From: Sedimentisphaeraceae bacterium JB056
GTDB taxonomy: Bacteria; Planctomycetota; Phycisphaerae; Sedimentisphaerales; Sedimentisphaeraceae
Direction of reading: 5' to 3'
DNA length: 64,000 nt
NCBI GenBank assembly: GCA_044440125.1
Contig: JBITAJ010000022.1
Coordinates: 64,001 to 128,000, forward strand
Of the stretch, positions 57,590 to 64,000 are shown one piece after another (position 1 is the first letter of the stretch; every line of letters starts with the position of its first letter). The translations under genes and the position numbers were made by a program. The notes below the pieces were generated by a model. It was not told the origin of the DNA. It did no database searches and was given only the letters and a program-made list of their open reading frames with translations.

Positions 57590-58846
57590 ATGCGAAAAAT
57601 AGCTTATTTTGATTGTCAATGCGGAGCTGCCGGTGACATGATACTCGCGTCAATGCTTGACGCCGGTCTTGACAAAGATGTACTTAGAAATGGAATCGAA
57701 AGCTTAAAGCTTGATGAGCTCAAAGAGATAAATATTGCTGAAGTTTCCAAAAACGGAATCAGAGCGATAAAAATGACTCCAGTAACAGATACTGCCCATC
57801 ACAAACATAGTCACGAACATAAACACAGCGGACATAAACACGAACACCATCACCACCATGACCATGATCATGGTCATCATAATTCGAATAAATCGCATCA
57901 TCACAGGAACCTGAAAAGCATAATTGAAATTATCAGCACCTGCGATATCAGTGACAACGCTAAAAAGAACGCTATAACAATATTCCAAAAAATCGCAGAA
58001 GTTGAAGGCAAAATACATGGCAAATCACCTGACGAAGTTCACTTTCACGAAGTAGGAGCAACCGACTCTATAGTCGATATAGTTGGGTGCTGTATAGGCT
58101 TTGATTATTTCAAATTTGACACGGTTTACTGCTCAATGATATCTCTCGGCGGCGGCAGTGTAAAATGTGCTCACGGCATAGTACCTGTACCGGCTCCAGC
58201 TACTGCAGAACTTATAAAGGGAATGCCCGTTAAAGATGGGCCAGTAGAGACAGAACTTCTGACGCCAACAGGTGCAGCAGTGCTGTCACACTTCGTAAAT
58301 AAGTTCGAGCAACTTCCTCCATCTAAAGTAATTTCCAACGGCTACGGCAGCGGCACAAAGGATTTTGAAGGAGTATCAAACATACTCAGGCTAAGAATCG
58401 CTGAACCTCTAAACGATTCACAAGACGACCAGATATGGCTGCTGGAAGCAAATATTGACGACAACACACCTGAAATGATAGGTATGGCCTGCGATTCATT
58501 GGTGAAAATCTCGCTTGATACATGGACAAGTCCCATCTATATGAAAAAGAATCGCCCTGCCGTCAAATTAAGCGTGCTTTGCACACAAGAGCAGATTGAA
58601 GCCGTGGAGGATATCATATTCTGTTCAGGACTTACACTTGGAATACGGAAAACGAAGGTAGAAAGAAGTGTACTTGAGAGAGAATTCAGCGAGAAAAAAA
58701 CTTCTTACGGAACACTGAAAATCAAGGCCGGCTTCTATAAAGGCAAAAAAGTCTTTGAAAAGGCCGAGCTTGAATCTTTAAGAGAGATAGCAGAAAGAAG
58801 CAATGCTTCCGTATCAGAGATATTGAATGAACTGGGCAAAAGTTAA
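57590..58846 (+). CDS. larC: Nickel pincer cofactor biosynthesis protein LarC
   Basis: YFDCQCGAAGDM, His-rich insert, HFHEVGATDSIVD, HGIVPVPAPAT, TPTGAA, EANIDD, MKKNRP; a single ORF with no frameshift. Confidence 0.93.
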   Translation: MRKIAYFDCQCGAAGDMILASMLDAGLDKDVLRNGIESLKLDELKEINIAEVSKNGIRAIKMTPVTDTAHHKHSHEHKHSGHKHEHHHHHDHDHGHHNSNKSHHHRNLKSIIEIISTCDISDNAKKNAITIFQKIAEVEGKIHGKSPDEVHFHEVGATDSIVDIVGCCIGFDYFKFDTVYCSMISLGGGSVKCAHGIVPVPAPATAELIKGMPVKDGPVETELLTPTGAAVLSHFVNKFEQLPPSKVISNGYGSGTKDFEGVSNILRLRIAEPLNDSQDDQIWLLEANIDDNTPEMIGMACDSLVKISLDTWTSPIYMKKNRPAVKLSVLCTQEQIEAVEDIIFCSGLTLGIRKTKVERSVLEREFSEKKTSYGTLKIKAGFYKGKKVFEKAELESLREIAERSNASVSEILNELGKS

Positions 58847-58885
58847 TACTAATCCTTAACTTTTACAACAGTCTTTAAGATTAAA

Positions 58886-58912
58886 GTGAGGGTAGAAACA
58901 ATCTACCCTCAC
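58886..58912. terminator. Hairpin between convergent genes
   Basis: GTGAGGGTAGA-aacaa-TCTACCCTCAC perfect 11-bp stem. Confidence 0.65.
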
Positions 58913-58957
58913 ACCCCAAAAAATGTGCTATATGTTACACATTCGAAAAGTCTTTAA

Positions 58958-60988
58958 TCAGGCCTTGTATATTCTACCTTCGCGGAAGTCTTCCCATGCG
59001 GGTTCAAATGCCTTGCGGTCCGTTGGAGCAGGCCTTACCGGTATTGTCTCACACTTGAACATATCTGCCGCAGAAGCATCATAGCTAACTTTGATGACAG
59101 TCTTACGGAGCTCTTCGTTCTCTGGCTTAAACTTAAGCGGAGTACCATCAGTATCAACGATATCCGGATGAATTTCCAGGCCATCGGCACTGATAACCAT
59201 ATGTGAACCACGCGAACCACTGCCCTGTGATATAAGCTCAACAATAGCTTTGAGGAACGCAGCACTTGCCAAGGAAAGATGCCTTACCTGAACAGCATCA
59301 ATAAGATCCTTAACACTCTCAACCTTAACACCGTTTTCTGTTATCTCTTTATAGAGCTTAACGGCATCTTTTGTCGCTTCAGTCGCATCAGAGAGTCTTC
59401 GTATATGACTTGCATATTTTGTCATACGGCTCTGAATTTCAGCGATATTGTCAGCGGCAGTTTTAGTTGAGCTTGATGCTTTGATCGCATCAATATTTTC
59501 GATAAGAGACTTAATCTGTCCCTCACCATCAATACTGCCTTCTGCCGGAACTTCGTTACAATAAGCATTAACAATAAATTCAGCAGACCGCTGAGCACCA
59601 ACCTGTCCGGCATTGAGAGCCGAACCGCCAGGACGCTTTACACCGTGCGAACCGGCCATCTCGCCGATTACAAACGTGTGCTTGATATTGCTTTCCCACC
59701 ATTTATTGATTCCGAAACCACCGTTAGAGTGCTGAGCACAAACGGCTATTTCAAGCGGCTCTTTGTAGAGATCGATATTATGTTCGGTGTAGATATCAAT
59801 TGCTGGCGGGTTCATGTGCTGGAGACGCTCAATAGGCAAGCTTTGAAGTGCTCCAGTTGCCTTGAGATAATCAAGTGCCTCATCCTCAAGATCTTCAATC
59901 TTGAACTCGTCCATAGACTCGTTACCAATTGGGTTCTTAAGGAAGTCCATGAATACACGTCTGCCCTTTTGTGTTTCGTTAAATACGATAACATCGATAA
60001 GCGACGACTGGAGATTCTCGATTCTCTGAGGGTCAAAAGGCCACTGGTAACCCTTGAGGAAAATATCGGTAGCCATCTTGCTCATTGAAGGGAAAAAGTC
60101 TGTAAGGAATTCCTTCTCATCATTACCATCGGCATCTGTACTGAAAATTCTCGGCACAACCTGCATGTATGTACCTGACACATTCCAGCGGAATTTTGTA
60201 CTGGCAAGACCAAACTGAAGCTCTGTAATATTCTCACCAGCCATACCTGCCTTAAGAGCAAGACCGTGAATACCTGTTTGACCAAGAGGATAAACACTTG
60301 TCTCATACAGTGCACCGGGGCCGCCTGCTGCCATTACAACATTCTCAAAATAGAAAACGTTTATCGCATAATTGTCAAGATCAGCATTCTTTCTGTCAAT
60401 AGTAACAACGCCGCGAATACGCTTATTCTCGCCTTCGCCTTCCGTAATGAATTCAGCAGCTTCCTGCCCATCATATATCTTCACGCCGTAACGACGAACG
60501 ATTTTCTCAAGACACTCACTCATGAACTTACTTGTCTTAGGGCCTGCAGATGTCGCACGCTCATATGGGTCGTGGTCGGTCTTGTAGCCAATGTAAACAC
60601 CCATGTTATCGTTAGGGAAAGGGACGCCCGCTTCTACGAGATTGTAGAAGCCGCGGAGTGAACCAATCGCTTCAGCGAGAGCAAGGTCACCATGACAGCA
60701 ACCGCCGGCAGTAAGACTCTTGGCGAATTCTTCTGCACTGTCGGCAATATCAGGGCTTGTACCCATCTTGTAATAAGTCTGTTTATCAGAGCCGCTCATA
60801 CGTGATGCTCCAAGCGGAAGACCGGCAGTTATTACTGCGATTCTATCCTCAGGATTCTCAATGCCTTTCTGAGACATATACTCATAAAGCTTCTTGGCAG
60901 AGTTCATACCCGCCCCGCCGGCTCCGATTACAACGGTGTTGTAATAATATTCATTAATTGTCTGATTTGCTATTTTTTTTGTAGCCAT
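58958..60988 (-). CDS. FAD-binding oxidoreductase, SdhA/FrdA/NadB flavoprotein superfamily, unknown substrate
   Basis: VIGAGGAG, MAAGG, QHSNGG, GEMAGSHGVKRPGGSAL; distinctive GSDKQTYYK and GYKTDHDP motifs. Confidence 0.8.
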   Translation of the reverse strand: MATKKIANQTINEYYYNTVVIGAGGAGMNSAKKLYEYMSQKGIENPEDRIAVITAGLPLGASRMSGSDKQTYYKMGTSPDIADSAEEFAKSLTAGGCCHGDLALAEAIGSLRGFYNLVEAGVPFPNDNMGVYIGYKTDHDPYERATSAGPKTSKFMSECLEKIVRRYGVKIYDGQEAAEFITEGEGENKRIRGVVTIDRKNADLDNYAINVFYFENVVMAAGGPGALYETSVYPLGQTGIHGLALKAGMAGENITELQFGLASTKFRWNVSGTYMQVVPRIFSTDADGNDEKEFLTDFFPSMSKMATDIFLKGYQWPFDPQRIENLQSSLIDVIVFNETQKGRRVFMDFLKNPIGNESMDEFKIEDLEDEALDYLKATGALQSLPIERLQHMNPPAIDIYTEHNIDLYKEPLEIAVCAQHSNGGFGINKWWESNIKHTFVIGEMAGSHGVKRPGGSALNAGQVGAQRSAEFIVNAYCNEVPAEGSIDGEGQIKSLIENIDAIKASSSTKTAADNIAEIQSRMTKYASHIRRLSDATEATKDAVKLYKEITENGVKVESVKDLIDAVQVRHLSLASAAFLKAIVELISQGSGSRGSHMVISADGLEIHPDIVDTDGTPLKFKPENEELRKTVIKVSYDASAADMFKCETIPVRPAPTDRKAFEPAWEDFREGRIYKA

Positions 60989-61015
60989 GTCTTTCCTTTT
61001 GGCATAAGCCTGTTC

Positions 61016-61816
61016 TTAGAGTCTTCTGAGATGGAAACCACCATCAACATTGATAACCTGTCCTGTGCAATAATCCATGCGTCCTTCTGCTATGCCGCCA
61101 ACAACCTTAGCAATATCTTCCGGAAGTCCCCATCGTTTTGTAGGAAGAAGATTTTCCTCAAATATAAGCTTGTCGTACTTTTCAGTAACAACGCTTGTCA
61201 TATTGGTCTTTATTACACCTGGGCGAATTTCAAAAACACCAATGTTGTATTCAGCAAGTCTATCGGCAAAAAGCATTGTCATCATTCCAATACCCGCCTT
61301 GCTCAAGCAGTACTCACCACGTGAAGGACTTGAGGTATCAGCAGACATTGAACCGGTATTGCAGATTCTCATTCCACCTTCAGGATTATCTTTCCTCTGC
61401 TCAACCATCCAGTTTGCCACAAGCTGAGTAAGGAAGTATGGGCCTTTAAGGTTTATATTCATTACCCTGTCATAGCTGTCTTCAGTTGCTTCGAGTATAT
61501 CAGCACGTTTTGCAGGAGCCACGCCGGCATTATTCACAAGCATGTCGCAACGGCCATATACAGTTTTGGTGAGAGCAACAAGCTTATCCCTGTCACCTGC
61601 GTCACTAATATCGCCTCGGAATATTTCACACTTAGCTCCTGAAGCAGTAAGTTCGCTCTGTGTCGCTTTTGCGGCTGAATCATCAGGCTGACCATCTTTG
61701 AAATCAAAATAGCTGATTACTAGATCATAACCCAAAGAAGCTACTTCAGAGGCTATGGCTTTTCCTATTCCTCTGCTGGCTCCGGTTACTATCGCTACTG
61801 GTTTTTCATTTTTCAT
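61016..61816 (-). CDS. Short-chain dehydrogenase/reductase (3-ketoacyl-ACP reductase-like)
   Basis: TGASRGIG, NNAGV, YCLSK, TGQVINVDGG; GGAG RBS before the ATG at 61816. Confidence 0.9.
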   Translation of the reverse strand: MKNEKPVAIVTGASRGIGKAIASEVASLGYDLVISYFDFKDGQPDDSAAKATQSELTASGAKCEIFRGDISDAGDRDKLVALTKTVYGRCDMLVNNAGVAPAKRADILEATEDSYDRVMNINLKGPYFLTQLVANWMVEQRKDNPEGGMRICNTGSMSADTSSPSRGEYCLSKAGIGMMTMLFADRLAEYNIGVFEIRPGVIKTNMTSVVTEKYDKLIFEENLLPTKRWGLPEDIAKVVGGIAEGRMDYCTGQVINVDGGFHLRRL

Positions 61817-61903
61817 TATTATCTCCAAATTTTTCATTTTAGTTTTTAGTTAGCAGTTCTCAGAAATAAAGCAAGCCACTACCTACGAAATAACTGCTCT
61901 TTA

Positions 61904-62929
61904 TCAATTATTAATACTGCGTACCTTTTCGGCTACGGCAATTATGTTTTGCGGCTCAACATTGTAAGAGAGTACACCTGTTCCAATTATAACATTGGAA
62001 TTATTTTCCACAACCTTCAAGGCCGCACCAATTGCATTGTCAAGCTCAACAGAAGCACCATTCTCAATAAGAACAGGACTTATATTTCGCCTTACAACTA
62101 CCTTGCTGCTCTTTGCTGCATCAATAAAGGCTTCAATATCAGAAGGAAAATCAGAAAGTATGACATCAAAACCCGTCTCTGCAAGCAGAGATGCTATAGC
62201 AGTGGTGTCACCACCGGTAACATACTCAAGCATCTCGGCACCAGCAGATTTCATCTCCCGTGCAAAACGCTGCACTCTTGGCAATACAAGCTCTTTATAA
62301 GTATCAGGCGAAAGCAGCGGCGGTACAGCCTGAGAATCAAACATACAGATCCCGATGCCGCGTTTGGCATACTCCCTACCATAACTTATCGCAATATCAA
62401 GACAGTAGTCGAGTAACCTGCTAAAAGCATCAGGCTCCATGATAGCCGCCATAATAGCCGGTTCTATACCCATCAAGGCCGCAGCAATCGAATAAGGACC
62501 GCTGACAGAACCTCTGACCATGACCTCTGAGCCAACCTGTTTATTTAGTTTATCAGCCGCATCAACAAAGACCTTGATTCTACCTTTGCTGTAGATATCA
62601 TCTACCGCAGGCATATTGAAACTACTCAAGCTTGTAACCAAAGGAGCGGCAAGATGCGGCACTGAATCGTCACCCTGGCCAAAACAAACCTCTGCACCAA
62701 TAACTTGTGCTTCAACATTATAGATATCAATGCCGACAGTAAGCATATCGGGAGCATATTTTTCCCATTCAGCCAGACACGCCTCTGCCAGAAGGTCACT
62801 GCTGGTGCTAAGCTCAGAAACGCTTACGCCTGTAAGTCTTGCCTTATGCTCATAAATAGCCGGGCAAAATAACGGACGCTGCGGCTTTTGACCGTCAAGC
62901 ACCTGCTTTGTTAACTCTTTACTATTCAT
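61904..62929 (-). CDS. Uroporphyrinogen decarboxylase / MtaA-CmuA family protein
   Basis: VEAQVIGAEV, GRI, SGPYSIA, LLSPDTYKELVLP, IIGTG; GAGGAG RBS. Confidence 0.75.
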   Translation of the reverse strand: MNSKELTKQVLDGQKPQRPLFCPAIYEHKARLTGVSVSELSTSSDLLAEACLAEWEKYAPDMLTVGIDIYNVEAQVIGAEVCFGQGDDSVPHLAAPLVTSLSSFNMPAVDDIYSKGRIKVFVDAADKLNKQVGSEVMVRGSVSGPYSIAAALMGIEPAIMAAIMEPDAFSRLLDYCLDIAISYGREYAKRGIGICMFDSQAVPPLLSPDTYKELVLPRVQRFAREMKSAGAEMLEYVTGGDTTAIASLLAETGFDVILSDFPSDIEAFIDAAKSSKVVVRRNISPVLIENGASVELDNAIGAALKVVENNSNVIIGTGVLSYNVEPQNIIAVAEKVRSINN

Positions 62930-62989
62930 AGACTCTCCTCTACAATCTTTTAATAACGGGCAGACTGATTAGAGCCTGCCCCATTAATT

Positions 62990-64000
62990 TTATTTAAGAT
63001 ACTGATCGATCTGGGCAGCTGCCTTCATACCGTCAGCAACTGCGGCAACTACGGTAGAAGCTCCCCTGACTATATCGCCACCAGCAAAAATACCTTCCTT
63101 AGATGTCTTGAAGTCATCTGTTTTGATCAGTCCCCATTCAAGATCAATACCCGGAAGTATCTTATCAAGATTTGCTGGAGATTTCTGACCAATTGCCTCA
63201 ACAGCTACATCTATGCTCATGTCATAGGCATTTTCCTTTACATCAATCGGTCGGCGTCTGCCTGAGGCATCCGGCTCGCCAAGAACTGTCGGACAAACCT
63301 TGACACTCTTAAGCTTGCCATCTTCTGCATTATAGCCAAGCTGCTGAGTAAGAATCTTGAAGTGTACACCTTTTTCGGTAGCTCTGTCTCTCTCTGCAGC
63401 CCATGCAGGCATTTGAGTAAACGATCTACGGTAGAGTACATACACATCCTTCGCATTGTGGTCAGCGGCTGTAACTGCAACATCCATTGCGGTATTACCG
63501 CCACCGATAACAGCAACTGTCTTATCCGTCAAATCAAGAGCTCCTTCTTGCTTGGCAAGTGAAAGGAATTCAATCGCATCATAAAGATCTTCCACCTTAT
63601 CGTCAGAAGCGGTAATTGCGTCCGGTAAGCCCATGCCGATAAATACGGCATCATATCCTTCTTTGGCAACGTCATCAATAGTATAGTTTTCATCAAGTAC
63701 AATACCAGATTTAACTTCCATTCTATCAGAAGGCACATCTGCAAACATTGCCTTGATTTCGTTAGCCAATGCAGTTTCCTGCCTATCTTCCGGAATAACG
63801 CTCTTGATCATACCGCCGAAGTTGTCGCTCTTGTCAAGAATGGTTACTTTATGTCCGGCTTCAAGCAGTTTTACTGCCGCAGCGATACCGGCTGGACCAG
63901 CACCAACTATAGCAATATTCTTACCAGTCTTCATCTCTGGAATACGAACCTTAGACCATCCCTTTTTATTAGCGAGGACAGACAAATACTTCTGTGTAGC
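62990..64000 (-). CDS. GltD/PreT-like FAD/NAD(P)H-dependent oxidoreductase, 5'-truncated by the window edge
   Basis: IAIVGAGPAG, VIGGGNTAMD, YRRS, FAGGDIVRGASTVVAAV; frame stays open to base 64000. Confidence 0.88.
   Translation of the reverse strand, partial: ATQKYLSVLANKKGWSKVRIPEMKTGKNIAIVGAGPAGIAAAVKLLEAGHKVTILDKSDNFGGMIKSVIPEDRQETALANEIKAMFADVPSDRMEVKSGIVLDENYTIDDVAKEGYDAVFIGMGLPDAITASDDKVEDLYDAIEFLSLAKQEGALDLTDKTVAVIGGGNTAMDVAVTAADHNAKDVYVLYRRSFTQMPAWAAERDRATEKGVHFKILTQQLGYNAEDGKLKSVKVCPTVLGEPDASGRRRPIDVKENAYDMSIDVAVEAIGQKSPANLDKILPGIDLEWGLIKTDDFKTSKEGIFAGGDIVRGASTVVAAVADGMKAAAQIDQYLK

Noticed and set aside
62958..62981. Hairpin between the GltD-like and UROD-family genes as a terminator
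   Set aside because: A 9-bp stem is present but there is no clear U-tract on the coding strand; more likely an intra-operon stability element

Overview
A 64-kb bacterial chromosomal window. It most likely comes from an anaerobic planctomycete of the Phycisphaerae/Sedimentisphaerales type; this is an inference from the prepilin H-X9-DG protein, sulfatases, Cys-dockerin-like C-termini, pflB and the long thiE. Housekeeping genes include metG, a PSP1/RicT gene, holB, tRNA-Phe, pflB, thiE, an LptF/G permease, tyrS, smpB, sppA, ldhA, coaD, a PTPS-family gene, mcsA/mcsB and larC. Four accessory blocks stand out. (1) A 20.4-kb, 14-gene minus-strand glycan-degradation-like locus (9655-30022) is headed by a GntR-type regulator and a pseudopilin and has no transporter. 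It encodes two sulfatases, a heparinase II/III-like protein, two jelly-roll lyase-like paralogs and four paralogs of an unnamed SxNH / ExxSxxY / GGxxxR family. (2) A 21-repeat triple beta-propeller surface protein is translationally coupled to a GT4. (3) An AT-rich Gabija (GajA/GajB) pair is preceded by 1.4 kb of non-coding 7-9-nt tandem tracts and a three-copy composite repeat. (4) An uncharacterised flavin/SDR/UROD-family redox operon runs off the right edge. Several enzymes show altered catalytic motifs (McsB, an amidase-like protein, an S8 peptidase, the PTPS). I found no CRISPR array, rRNA, integrase or transposase. All calls come from motif recognition by eye; no database searches were run.
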